Shown here: in pieces, positions 7,734 through 17,698 of the stretch
How the letters are laid out: the number at the start of each line of letters is the position of its first letter
Position numbering within the stretch: position 1 is the first letter of the stretch
Source: Candidatus Bilamarchaeaceae archaeon
GTDB lineage: Archaea > Micrarchaeota > Micrarchaeia > Anstonellales > Bilamarchaeaceae
Assembly: GCA_038870635.1 (NCBI GenBank)
Contig: JAVZJR010000001.1
Span: 291,700-338,900 of the forward strand
Length of the DNA stretch: 47,201 nucleotides
Direction of reading: 5' to 3'
The notes under the pieces: generated by a model
What the model saw: the letters and a program-made list of their open reading frames with translations, nothing else
Databases searched by the model: none
What the model was told of the DNA's origin: nothing
Translations under genes and position numbers: made by a program

Positions 7734-8359
7734 TCCATCAACCTAAACCTTACATCTACTATATCATATCCTTTTTCATCAAATATAACAGGGTTAAGGT
7801 CCATTTCTGCGACATTTTCTTTTTGCATAAATCTACAAACTTTTATCATCAATTCTTCAAGTCCTTGGATGTTTATCGCCTTTTTTCCTCTTGTTCCCAT
7901 TATTATTGGATGGGACTTTAATTCCCGCACCATCTCTATAACATCATATTTATTTATTGGGCATATTCGTGCTGTTATGTCTTTAAAAACTTCAACATAC
8001 ACCCCACCAAAACCAAGGATTATCATATGGCTAAATTGCTCATCATAAACACCACCTATTATTAACTCTAAACCTTTTCTTGCCATTTTTTGTACAAGAA
8101 TGCCTTCTAATTTTTTATTTTTTACGGCTTCAGTAAGCTCTTTATAAGTAAGTCGAAGGACTTCTTCATTTTTTATATTAAGCCTCACACCGCCAACATC
8201 TGTTTTGTGCACTATCTCTGGGGATATAATTTTTAAAGCAACCGGATACCCTATTTTCTTTGCGATTGCTGTGGCTTCTTCTTCGCTTTTTGCTAAACCA
8301 TAAGGTAGTAATTTAAATTTGTTTTTTTCTAAAAGTTTAAAATCATCTATCATCGTCAT
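7730..8359 (-). CDS. acdB: Acetate-CoA ligase (ADP-forming) beta subunit (ATP-grasp)
   Basis: IGYPVALKI.SP.I.HKTDVGGV, G.GG.YVE..KD and EMDLNP motifs; overlaps acdA by 4 nt. Confidence 0.92.
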   Translation of the reverse strand: MTMIDDFKLLEKNKFKLLPYGLAKSEEEATAIAKKIGYPVALKIISPEIVHKTDVGGVRLNIKNEEVLRLTYKELTEAVKNKKLEGILVQKMARKGLELIIGGVYDEQFSHMIILGFGGVYVEVFKDITARICPINKYDVIEMVRELKSHPIIMGTRGKKAINIQGLEELMIKVCRFMQKENVAEMDLNPVIFDEKGYDIVDVRFRLME

Positions 8360-8417
8360 TGGTTTTTTTATTTATAATTACATTAATAAACATTAAGTTA
8401 GTGCTTGTAACAAAAAT

Positions 8418-9995
8418 CTAAACTTCTATTTCATACATAAATATCTCTGTATTTAATTTATGCCTTTCTCTTATACTTTTAGAGAGTTTTCCTCCTCTCC
8501 CAATTTTTTTACCATCAACAAAAACATCCATACTGTAAGGCTCTTCAAAGAAGCTGTATTTTTTATTTTTAAGTTCAAATTTCCACCCACGTTCCTTAAA
8601 GAAGACCTGTAAATACCCTCTTGCTTTTTCGAATTCAACTTTTTTATCAACTACTGCCAAACAAAGAATGTTTTTTTCTTTTTCACCATCCACCACAATA
8701 CCAACTTCATAAAACATTTGTGGTAAGCCTGCCATTTTGTTTTTTTCTATTACTTCAAGCATAGAGGGAAACATTGTACTTCTCACAGTTGTGTATTCTT
8801 TTGTTTTAGGGTTAAGGACCTTCATTCCTATTGTTTCAAACTCACTTAACTCATCATCGTTTGTTAATATAGGTGTAATCACTTCTGTAAACCCCATCCT
8901 GCTCATACATCCATCAATCTCTAATTTTTTATTATTTTTTTTACCTGGATAGAAAAAGTCTGGGATTGTTGGTTCAAAATTTTCATAACCATGCGCGATT
9001 GCTATATCTTCTATAACATCTATATCACTTATTATATCTACTCTGTATGGTTGTGCTAATATTTTTTCTCCATCGACATAGTAACCCATTTTATTCAAAG
9101 CTTTTTTTATCTCGTTTGTGTCTATATCAATTCCTAAAACTTTTTTCACCTTTTTTGTGTTTACTTTTACTTCTTTATAGTCCAAAAGAGGAGTGGTCAT
9201 TTTCTTATCACTGTACTCAACATCAACAGTGTATGCTTCTCCTCCTAAATCAACAAGATGACACACGATTATGTTTAGCGCTTGGTTTATACTTACTTTG
9301 TCTACTCCAGTTACTTCTATAAAAACACCAGTTGTAGTAATGTCTATTTTACCTGTTTCTTCTGAATTAATTATTGGAATAAGAGCCATTATCTTTTTGT
9401 TTGCATCAAGATAAACTGGATACTCTTTTTCTTTAACTATTATCCCACCATAAGATTGACCTTTTGGATGCCTTTCTAATATCTCTTTTGCATTTGCTTC
9501 TGTTGGGTAGTTCAAAGGGTGAAATATTATTTCATCTGGCTTCATTGTCGTATAGTAAAGAGGAAAATTTAACTTTTCAAGTGGATAAACACCTATACCA
9601 AAACGTTTAACCACTCTACCTAATGTAAAAAGCAGCTTCTCTTGGAGAAGAACAATATCTCTTATTTCTCTGTCAGTTAGTTTTAAACCTTTCACAACAG
9701 CGCAGGCAGTGTAAGGTCTTATTTTTTTGGTTTTTTTATCAACAAAAACCTTGTAATCACCTTTTTTTACTTTATATTTTTTAGTTTCATTTCTTTCGAA
9801 TGCGCGTACCCCTCTTGCAAGACCAACCACTGAATACCAATCTGGCCTATTTGGTGTTATCTCAACAAAAATCTTTCCAGTTTCAGGATCGACTTCAGCA
9901 GGTGCGCCTATTTTATTTAAAACTTCTATAACTTTCTCTTTTGGTTCTTTAAAAATATCTTTGAATTCTTCATAATCGAATTCCACTACGACCAT
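8418..9995 (-). CDS. pheT: Phenylalanyl-tRNA synthetase beta subunit
   Basis: EITPNRPD, LQEKL, PIINS..., P.R.DI....D..EDIAIA.GY motifs, archaeal type. Confidence 0.94.
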   Translation of the reverse strand: MVVVEFDYEEFKDIFKEPKEKVIEVLNKIGAPAEVDPETGKIFVEITPNRPDWYSVVGLARGVRAFERNETKKYKVKKGDYKVFVDKKTKKIRPYTACAVVKGLKLTDREIRDIVLLQEKLLFTLGRVVKRFGIGVYPLEKLNFPLYYTTMKPDEIIFHPLNYPTEANAKEILERHPKGQSYGGIIVKEKEYPVYLDANKKIMALIPIINSEETGKIDITTTGVFIEVTGVDKVSINQALNIIVCHLVDLGGEAYTVDVEYSDKKMTTPLLDYKEVKVNTKKVKKVLGIDIDTNEIKKALNKMGYYVDGEKILAQPYRVDIISDIDVIEDIAIAHGYENFEPTIPDFFYPGKKNNKKLEIDGCMSRMGFTEVITPILTNDDELSEFETIGMKVLNPKTKEYTTVRSTMFPSMLEVIEKNKMAGLPQMFYEVGIVVDGEKEKNILCLAVVDKKVEFEKARGYLQVFFKERGWKFELKNKKYSFFEEPYSMDVFVDGKKIGRGGKLSKSIRERHKLNTEIFMYEIEV

Positions 9996-10549
9996 ACATC
10001 ATCACTTCTCATTCTTTTGTGAATAATTGCTAAAAAATATCCTCCCATAAGCCCAAAAAGATGCGCAGCGTGCCCTATATTATCAATAGCACCCATGCTG
10101 ACCAACTCTATTAAAGCATAAAAAACAGCAGCCACAGTTATCGGTACTGGGACAAAATATAAATAAACAACCATTTTTGGTTCTAAAACAACCAACGCCC
10201 CAAATATTCCATAAATTGCGCCAGATGCACCTAAGCCTAACACACCAGGTTGACTAAACAACTCAAAACCAAGACCACCAATTATGCCTGAAAGCAGGTA
10301 TATACTTAAGAACATCGTGCTTCCTACTTTTCTCTCTAAGTAGGGGCCAAACATTAATAACGCAAACATATTGAAGAATAAATGAGAAAAATCTGCATGC
10401 AAAAACATACTAGTGATAAAGCGCCAAGGCTCCACAAAATCTAAGCCAGTTATCATTGCATAGTTGGTTACTATTTCTATATTTTGCAAAAGAAATACCA
10501 GCACACAGATGAATATTAAGCCTAGCGCTACCATATACACACCTAACAT
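9986..10549 (-). CDS. Rhomboid intramembrane serine protease
   Basis: WRFITSMFLH...HL.FNM, GASG catalytic Ser and AHL.G catalytic His. The start may be ATG 10534. Confidence 0.93.
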   Translation of the reverse strand: MLGVYMVALGLIFICVLVFLLQNIEIVTNYAMITGLDFVEPWRFITSMFLHADFSHLFFNMFALLMFGPYLERKVGSTMFLSIYLLSGIIGGLGFELFSQPGVLGLGASGAIYGIFGALVVLEPKMVVYLYFVPVPITVAAVFYALIELVSMGAIDNIGHAAHLFGLMGGYFLAIIHKRMRSDDVWS

Positions 10550-11901
10550 TTACATTTTTGCCATACTTTTCTTAGTGCTAAGTTTTGGATGTACTCGCTG
10601 TTGTATTTTTTGCTTATACATCCTTCACATATCGGCAAACCTATTGCTTTTTTTAAACCATCTATTGAAATATACGCCAAACTATCTGCTTCAATATAAT
10701 TTTTTATTTCAGGTACGCTAAGTTTGCTCGCTATTAATTCATCATATGTTGGTATATCGACACCGTAAAAACACGGTGCAATTATTGGGGGGCTTGTTAT
10801 TCTGACATGGATTTCTCTTGCACCAGCGTTCCTTAAAAGCGAAACGATTTCTTTCATTGTTGTGGCTCTAACGATGCTGTCGTCCATTAAAACAACTCTT
10901 TTATTTTTTACAACTGCCCTATTGGCATTTAATTTTAATCTAACCGCCTCTTTTCTTTTTTCTTGCGATGGCATAATAAAAGTTCGGCCTATATACCTGT
11001 TTTTTATTAAACCCTCGTCAAAATCCACATTTAATTTTTTGGCGTATGCTCTAGCAGCTGTTCTTGCAGTATCCGGCACTGCAATTACAACATCACATTC
11101 TACTGGTGCCTCTTCTGCAAGTATTTCTCCAAGTCTTGTTCTAACTTCATAAACACTTTTCCCGTTTATTATTGAATCCGGTCGAGCAAAATAAACATAC
11201 TCAAACATACAGTTTTTTCTTTCCCTTTTGTCTATTTTTTCTCTTTCCTTTGTTTGAGCATTGAATAAACAACCGTTTTCTATTTCGCCTTTTACTGGTA
11301 TATTGTTTATGTCAAGAGCAACGCTTTCTGATGCAATCATTAAATAATCCTCATCTTCTCCCCAAACAAGTGGTCTTATACCATAAGGATCTCGAAAAGC
11401 GTAAAGTTTTCCCTCATATATTAAAACATCAGAGTAGGCACCTTCAAAATCTTTCATAATTTCTTTTATGCCGTTCATCAGCTTATTTTTGTGTATATAA
11501 TACACCATTGGTTCGGAATCAACTGTTGATTTAAAACTGTAACCCCAGCTTTCTATCTTTTTTTTGAGTTCATCGTAGTTTGCCAAATGGCCGTTATGTG
11601 CTACTGCTACGTCTTCAAAAACAGTGGGTTGAACGTCTTTTAACTGGCACTGCCCTATTGTTGGATAGCGAGTATGCCCTATGCCAATACTCCCCTTTAG
11701 CAGTAAATCTTCTTTTTTGTAGATACTGTCAACTAAACCTAGCCCTTTTCTTTCTATTATTTTATTTCCATCAAAAATTGCAAAACCCGCTGCATCTTGC
11801 CCTCTATGCTGTAATGCTATGAGGGCGCGGTAAAGCAAAGGTGCAACGTCTTTTTTTGTTTTTGAATAAATACCGACTACTCCGCACTCTTCTTTTAACA
11901 T
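10543..11901 (-). CDS. purF: Amidophosphoribosyltransferase
   Basis: MLKEE|CGVVG Ntn cysteine, QHRGQD, GHTRY, HNG and DDSIVRATT PRPP loop; four Fe-S-type Cys (CMFE, PCFYG, CEGC). Confidence 0.96.
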   Translation of the reverse strand: MLKEECGVVGIYSKTKKDVAPLLYRALIALQHRGQDAAGFAIFDGNKIIERKGLGLVDSIYKKEDLLLKGSIGIGHTRYPTIGQCQLKDVQPTVFEDVAVAHNGHLANYDELKKKIESWGYSFKSTVDSEPMVYYIHKNKLMNGIKEIMKDFEGAYSDVLIYEGKLYAFRDPYGIRPLVWGEDEDYLMIASESVALDINNIPVKGEIENGCLFNAQTKEREKIDKRERKNCMFEYVYFARPDSIINGKSVYEVRTRLGEILAEEAPVECDVVIAVPDTARTAARAYAKKLNVDFDEGLIKNRYIGRTFIMPSQEKRKEAVRLKLNANRAVVKNKRVVLMDDSIVRATTMKEIVSLLRNAGAREIHVRITSPPIIAPCFYGVDIPTYDELIASKLSVPEIKNYIEADSLAYISIDGLKKAIGLPICEGCISKKYNSEYIQNLALRKVWQKCKC

Positions 11902-11923
11902 AAAATCACTTTCTTTCAAATAA

Positions 11924-13537
11924 TTAATATATGTTCCCTAATTCAAGTATTTTCCTTATCCCTCTTAAATGATCATTTGCTGTGCTAATCGAAGAGATAA
12001 TCTCTATAAATGCTCCACCAGCAGATGCTTCACCTTTTGTCATTCTATGAATATGGTCGTTATAGGATTTTTCAATTGATTTTTGTAATCTGCCATCATT
12101 GTTTCTCATCTGCTCAATTCTTTTCTTGTTTATTTTAGGGAAACATTCTATTAATATGTTAAAGTTTTCTCTTAGAATTAGATAGTTTTCTAATAAATTT
12201 ATCAATGATTTTTCAGAAAGAAAAACACCTCTTTTCTTTAAATCGACATAGAGGTTGCCCATCTTTGCTGCAATATCTGCCAATTGCTCTATTTTATTTG
12301 AAATTCTTACTAAATCCGCTACTCTATTACTTTCTTCTTTTTCAAGAGGTTGCCTTGATAGTTCTAGTAAAGCATCTGTAATCTCTTTATCTAGAAGATC
12401 AGCATATGTTTCTAGTTTATCTATCTTTTCTTTACAATCTTTTTTTGTTTTTATAGCTTCTATTACTTCTTCGTATGCACTCAATGCTACCTCAAGAGTG
12501 TATTTTATCTCTTTTTCTACTAATTCTAACACCTCTTTTCTATCTTTTGGTAAATTGCTATTAAGGTATTTAGGTTTCAATAAAATTTCTTTTTCTTTTC
12601 CAGGCACTAAATAGACAACGAGGCGTTCGAACTGATTTATAAAAACAAGAAAAACTATGGCTGCGCTTAGGTTAAATATAAGGTGCGCATTTGCAACCAT
12701 CTGGCCCGCATTACCACCAAGACTTTGGATAAATGCAATAAATTGGTTAAGAAAAAAGAGGATAATTGCAGCCCCTAACAAGTTGAATACAAAATGTGCC
12801 ATCGCTGTTCTCTTTGCAAATAAACTCATTCTCGTCGATGCGAGAAGAGCTGTTGTTGTAGTGCCTATGTTTGCACCAAGTATTATTAACACCGCATCAT
12901 AAAGCCCAATCAAACCGCTTTGGGCAAAGACGACAGCAAGGCCGCTGGTGACTGAGCTTGACATTAATATGTTTGTTATGATAAATCCAACGATTATCCC
13001 TACTATTGGATTTGTAAAATGGGTAAACCATTCAAGTAGTTGCTGATCGTTTTTTAGGTCGCTGACGACTTCTTCTATTAAAATCAATGAAAAGAAAACC
13101 AATCCAAAATAAAACAATGGTTTTCCAAGAAATTTGTATTTACCACCAATTATATCCAAAACAAACCCTACTATAAGAAAAATTGGCGCAAATGCAGTAA
13201 GTTTTAACGCTATTAATTGCGCGGTTATTGAAGTTCCAACATTCGCTCCAAAAATTACACCAATACTCTGGGAAAAAGTTAAAAGACCTGCGTTAACAAG
13301 GCTTGTTGTTATCACAGTTGTGGCTGTGCTTGATTGGATTATTGCCGTTACAATTGCGCCACTTATCGCAGCTCTGATTGGGGTTTTGGCCATTTTTTGC
13401 ACAGCATTTCTAAAGAAAGAACCAGCTACTGCTAATATCTCTTTACTAAATTGTTCTATTCCAAATAGGAATAAAACTACTCCTGTAGCAATAGGAAGAA
13501 GTATGCTAAAATTAACACCAAGGCTATCCATCATCAT
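11924..13537 (-). CDS. Na/Pi cotransporter family protein with C-terminal PhoU-like domain
   Basis: Duplicated QSS.ATT/GAN.GT repeats and a helical cytoplasmic C-terminus. Confidence 0.9.
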   Translation of the reverse strand: MMMDSLGVNFSILLPIATGVVLFLFGIEQFSKEILAVAGSFFRNAVQKMAKTPIRAAISGAIVTAIIQSSTATTVITTSLVNAGLLTFSQSIGVIFGANVGTSITAQLIALKLTAFAPIFLIVGFVLDIIGGKYKFLGKPLFYFGLVFFSLILIEEVVSDLKNDQQLLEWFTHFTNPIVGIIVGFIITNILMSSSVTSGLAVVFAQSGLIGLYDAVLIILGANIGTTTTALLASTRMSLFAKRTAMAHFVFNLLGAAIILFFLNQFIAFIQSLGGNAGQMVANAHLIFNLSAAIVFLVFINQFERLVVYLVPGKEKEILLKPKYLNSNLPKDRKEVLELVEKEIKYTLEVALSAYEEVIEAIKTKKDCKEKIDKLETYADLLDKEITDALLELSRQPLEKEESNRVADLVRISNKIEQLADIAAKMGNLYVDLKKRGVFLSEKSLINLLENYLILRENFNILIECFPKINKKRIEQMRNNDGRLQKSIEKSYNDHIHRMTKGEASAGGAFIEIISSISTANDHLRGIRKILELGNIY

Positions 13538-13560
13538 TCATTTTTATTTTTAGGAGGTTT

Positions 13561-14601
13561 TTAAAACCAATTTTCTAATGTTTTCTGCGTTCTTTCTTCT
13601 TTTTGTTTTGTTTTTAGATTAGTTATAACACTTTCTATTCTCTCTTCTGCAAAATCATGCGTGTCGACGAGTATTTTTTTCACTTCATCTTCATTTATTT
13701 CTTTCCATTTAAGCTGTTCTATATTTTCATCATAACTAGGTTCTTTGAAAATTTCTAAAACCTCTTCTGGTTCGACCTCAAAAGTATAGCCATATTTTTG
13801 TACAACATATCTTATTATGTTGTCAAATGTTTTGTGTTCTTTCACAATCTTTAGTGCGGTTTTCGGCCCAATACCCTTAACTCCGATATTGAAATCCGTT
13901 CCTATTAATATCCCAATCGTTATTAGTTGCTCTTGCGTTATCTCTAACTGCTTCAGTGTTTCATCTAATTTTATCTCCTCTGGTTCTATTAAAACAAACC
14001 TGTTTTGTCGGGGGACTTTTCTTTTACCTGTTATGGATAAGTTTCTTATTAAGATAGGAGTGCCAAATAGTAATGCATCATAGTCTTGAGAACCAACCGC
14101 ATAAACAATTCCGTTCTTCGCCATCATTGCTGCTTGCGCTTCGCCTTCTTCTGGCGCTTGCACCCAAGGTACCCCCATCGCATCTAAAAGTTTTTTTGAT
14201 TCCTCTACCATTTCTTCTGTAAGTTGTGACGTGGCTTGCGCATACTTTCTTGCATCTTCCAATCTTTCCTCTTCTATTGCTTTTTGCCATTTTTCTCTTG
14301 CTGCCATTTTTGCTGCACTTCTCTCAGCCTTAGTTCTTTCTTTTAACTGAGATGATTTTCCATCAAAAACATACACTGGTTTTATACCATTATCAAGCAT
14401 TTTAGCTGTTCTATAAAATAAACCAGAAAGGTGGCCAGTTATATTTCCTTTACTGTCCATAAGTGGGGTTCCGTCTTCTTGTCTTATTGAAGCAAGAAAT
14501 TGGTAAAGAGTATTAAATGCATCTATGGCGATAATCTTGCCGTTTAAATTAGCGAGCGTTATTTTATTTTTTACAACAATGTCACCGAGGTCTACACCCA
14601 T
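13561..14601 (-). CDS. fen: Flap endonuclease-1
   Basis: MGV.L, IDA.N.LYQFL, EGEAQ, SQDYD, GTDFN.GVKGIGPKTA and C-terminal PIP box QKTLENWF. Confidence 0.97.
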   Translation of the reverse strand: MGVDLGDIVVKNKITLANLNGKIIAIDAFNTLYQFLASIRQEDGTPLMDSKGNITGHLSGLFYRTAKMLDNGIKPVYVFDGKSSQLKERTKAERSAAKMAAREKWQKAIEEERLEDARKYAQATSQLTEEMVEESKKLLDAMGVPWVQAPEEGEAQAAMMAKNGIVYAVGSQDYDALLFGTPILIRNLSITGKRKVPRQNRFVLIEPEEIKLDETLKQLEITQEQLITIGILIGTDFNIGVKGIGPKTALKIVKEHKTFDNIIRYVVQKYGYTFEVEPEEVLEIFKEPSYDENIEQLKWKEINEDEVKKILVDTHDFAEERIESVITNLKTKQKEERTQKTLENWF

Positions 14602-15065
14602 TATTCTTCCCTCTCTAGCAGGTCTTCCAGTGTAGGTTCTACATTTTGTTTTTTATAACTAATACTTGGACTAACCTCTACTGTTTTTTCTATTAGTTTT
14701 ATTCCTAATTCTTTCTCAAGTTTTCTTGCTGTTTCTAATGTCGGTTTGACCTCTTCTCTTTCTATTCTTTCCATATATCTTCTATTCTCTTTTATTTTTT
14801 CTGCTAAAACTTCTATAGGAATGCCTAGTTTTTCTCTCGCGCTTCTAACAATTTTACCATATCCTTCTACTATTTCCTCTATTTCTTCTGGTTTCTGCCT
14901 ACTTGGTCTTTTTGGTTGTTGTTCTTCATCTTCTTCTAGAAAATAAAGCACTTTTTTGCCATAAGCACAAGAACGACATACTCTAAGTTTTGCCTTTTCA
15001 ACTTCCACAATACCAAATATCTCAGGTTTGCCGCATATATCGCAGCTTTCTTTTTTTGCTCGCAT
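14601..15065 (-). CDS. Archaeal multiprotein bridging factor aMBF1
   Basis: CDICG...VC..CA zinc ribbon, Cro-like HTH and C-terminal TL.D motif. Confidence 0.9.
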   Translation of the reverse strand: MRAKKESCDICGKPEIFGIVEVEKAKLRVCRSCAYGKKVLYFLEEDEEQQPKRPSRQKPEEIEEIVEGYGKIVRSAREKLGIPIEVLAEKIKENRRYMERIEREEVKPTLETARKLEKELGIKLIEKTVEVSPSISYKKQNVEPTLEDLLEREE

Positions 15066-15069
15066 AACA

Positions 15070-15645
15070 TCATCTTATCTTTGCTTTTAACAAAGCAATT
15101 TTTTCAAAAAAGAAACATTCTTCTTCTATTACATCAACCTTAAAACCATTTTTGTTTAGTAGCTTTTTTACTTTATCTATTCCGCAAAGACTGCTTGCGA
15201 TAAGATACACCGTTCCATCTTTCTTTAAATATTTTTTGACTTTACGTACAAACTTTGATAGAGTTTCTAAACCATTTTTTCCTCCATCAAATGCGTAATT
15301 TAGTTTTGATTTTATTTTTTCTTCTTCTTTTGTAGGTAAATAGGGGGGGTTGAACAGGATAAAATCATATTTTCCTTTTACATTTTGGAATAAATCACTT
15401 TCATAAAATCTTATATTTTTTATATTATTTAGTTTTGCATTTTCTCTTGAGATTTTAATTGCTTCTGGATTTATGTCCACGCCTTCTACTATATTTTTTT
15501 TGTCAGCAGCCGCACATTCGAGCGCAACTATTCCACTTCCGCATCCAACTTCTAATATTTTTCCTTTTAGTTTTTTTACATACTTAGCAAGGAGAAAGGA
15601 ATCTTCTGCTGGCGCATACACATCGCTATTTGTTTTTATCTTCAT
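15070..15645 (-). CDS. HemK2/PrmC-like protein methyltransferase
   Basis: VY.PAEDSFLL, LEVGCGSG, FNPPYLP and DGG..G motifs. Confidence 0.9.
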   Translation of the reverse strand: MKIKTNSDVYAPAEDSFLLAKYVKKLKGKILEVGCGSGIVALECAAADKKNIVEGVDINPEAIKISRENAKLNNIKNIRFYESDLFQNVKGKYDFILFNPPYLPTKEEEKIKSKLNYAFDGGKNGLETLSKFVRKVKKYLKKDGTVYLIASSLCGIDKVKKLLNKNGFKVDVIEEECFFFEKIALLKAKIR

Positions 15646-15692
15646 TTTACCCCTTCATCACATTTTTAACCTATACCTACAAAAATATTTGT

Positions 15693-16325
15693 ATGGATGA
15701 TGTTCTTTTATACCTTATTAAAAAAGGCGCTTTGAAAAACAACATCCCTATTACTACTCGAGAGTTGGGCGAGGCGTTAGGAATGACACAACAAAATGCT
15801 TCCTATCGTCTTCTTTTATTAGAGCGAAACGGCTATATAAAAAGACAAGGTAAGTTGATTACGGTCGGTGAATTGGGAAAAGAGGAAGCTCGAAAAACAT
15901 ACTCAATTTTAAGAAATGCGTTTGATAAAACCAAAAATGTGTTTACTGGTTTTATAAGGAATGGTTTAGGAGAAGGTCGTTACTATCTTTCTATTCCGCC
16001 CTATAAAAACAGCATAACTCGGATTGTTGGTTTTATTCCTTACGAAGGAACTTTAAACGTTGAAGTCAGGGAGAAGGATCTTTGGAGAAAAGATTATATG
16101 ATTTCTAATTCTATAGAAATCCCTTCATTTAACTTTCAAGGACGGACGCTTGGCGGTGCAAAGGTTTTTTTCCCATGCTTTATTAACAAAAAACGTTGTG
16201 CAGCTATTTTTCCTTACCGCACTCATCACAAAAACAATATAATTGAATTTATTTCTGATGTTTGTCTAAGAGAAACCTTAGGAAAAAAGGAAGGCGACTC
16301 TGTTCAAATAACTTTAGCGGAATGA
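15693..16325 (+). CDS. ribK: CTP-dependent riboflavin kinase with N-terminal wHTH (RbkR type)
   Basis: wHTH (ELGEALGMTQQNAS.RL..LE..GYI.R), GLGEGRYY, PY.GTLN, P.RTHH and LRE.L...GD motifs. Start placed at ATG 15693. Confidence 0.88.
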   Translation: MDDVLLYLIKKGALKNNIPITTRELGEALGMTQQNASYRLLLLERNGYIKRQGKLITVGELGKEEARKTYSILRNAFDKTKNVFTGFIRNGLGEGRYYLSIPPYKNSITRIVGFIPYEGTLNVEVREKDLWRKDYMISNSIEIPSFNFQGRTLGGAKVFFPCFINKKRCAAIFPYRTHHKNNIIEFISDVCLRETLGKKEGDSVQITLAE

Positions 16326-17665
16326 TTTTTATGGCTGGCTACAGTTTAGGGGATACCGTAGATTTTGAAGGAGTGGTAACTGCTACGCGATTTTTTAAAG
16401 GATCTTACGAGTACACTATACAAACTAAAGAGGAGAAAGTAATTTTTTATTCTAGCGATAACATTTCTAAAGGTGCTGAAATTAGGGTAAGTGGTGTTAT
16501 CTCTTCTCTATTTCCTATTTCACTATCACAGACCAAAGTTTATGAAACAAAAGGAGTTTATGAAAATGTGCAAGCGGCGATAGAGGGCAAATGGAAGCCA
16601 GGTAATTTTATTCTACACAACAAGATTACAGAATATCTTAAAGATAATTTTTTTGCTGTAGCACAAAGGCTTTACAGCGCAAAAGAGCTTAACCGCTTTA
16701 TACTTTTACGTTTTCATCATGATGCTGATGGTATCGCAGGTGCACTTGCTCTAAACGATTTTTTATCTTTCAAAGCAATACAACAAAACAGCGCGGTCTA
16801 CGGTCAGAGAGACGTCGTTTCTGATCTTAGTTTTTTTTGCTATGAGCTGCATCCTCTTGTCATACTTTTAGATTTTGGTTCAAATGACAAGAGTTCAAAA
16901 CAGATAGAGTTGCTTAGAGCAGCTGGTGCAGAAGTTATACTTATCGACCACCACCCCCCTGATAAAGAGTGCATTAAAGTGCCACATTTATTTTTATCTC
17001 CGTGGTTGGCAGAAGTTGAAAATCCATCTTCTTATACTGCTGGTTATATTGCTTCTGAAATCGCCAGTTTGCTCGGTATCTCATCTGAAAAGTATGCACG
17101 AATTGCTTGCGCCGGTGATAAAAGCAATGTAATCAACATTAGTGAAGAGGATAAAAATGCAGCTTTGGTTTTGGACTATCTTGCAAGCCATTCTACTTAC
17201 GGAAACAATCTTCAGTTTTATAAAAATGTTCTCAACAAAAAAGAACTTTTTTCTTCAATATTTCAACAAGCGCGTGAAAGTATAGAAGATGCTGCTGGGC
17301 GCGCAGCGAGCAGAATGAAAAAATTAAACAAAAATGATGTTATTGTTTTTATTGTGCCGCTTAATGATATTGTAAAAAAAGGAGAGTTCCCCACCAGTAG
17401 CAAAATCGTTAGTGCAATATTGGAAAAAACAAGTGAAGATGAGCCAGTAGTTGTGATAGGTTACCGCGACGGAGTAATTCTTCTACGTGCAAACAAAAAT
17501 GCAGCTTCGAGAGGAATCAATTTCTCTGAGATTATAGACAGACTTACTAAACGCTTTTCTGATTTTATTCATTCTGGGGGCGGCCATTCGTCAGCAGCAG
17601 CCATTCACCTTCAAAAAGGATATGAGCAGACGATTATAGAATCTTTGATCGAAGAGTTTCATTAA
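16322..17665 (+). CDS. RecJ-like DHH/DHHA1 phosphoesterase with short N-terminal OB-like region
   Basis: HHDADG, LLDFGS, IDHH and GGGH..AA motifs. Start is ATG 16322 or 16331. Confidence 0.85.
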   Translation: MIFMAGYSLGDTVDFEGVVTATRFFKGSYEYTIQTKEEKVIFYSSDNISKGAEIRVSGVISSLFPISLSQTKVYETKGVYENVQAAIEGKWKPGNFILHNKITEYLKDNFFAVAQRLYSAKELNRFILLRFHHDADGIAGALALNDFLSFKAIQQNSAVYGQRDVVSDLSFFCYELHPLVILLDFGSNDKSSKQIELLRAAGAEVILIDHHPPDKECIKVPHLFLSPWLAEVENPSSYTAGYIASEIASLLGISSEKYARIACAGDKSNVINISEEDKNAALVLDYLASHSTYGNNLQFYKNVLNKKELFSSIFQQARESIEDAAGRAASRMKKLNKNDVIVFIVPLNDIVKKGEFPTSSKIVSAILEKTSEDEPVVVIGYRDGVILLRANKNAASRGINFSEIIDRLTKRFSDFIHSGGGHSSAAAIHLQKGYEQTIIESLIEEFH

Positions 17666-17698
17666 TAAAATTAATCAGTGTAATCTTTTTGTGGTGAA

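Noticed and set aside
15630..16321. Extended N-termini in the ORF track for ribK (15630) and the RecJ-like gene (16262)
   Set aside because: The extensions overlap neighbouring genes. ATG 15693 and ATG 16322/16331 fit the domain boundaries better.
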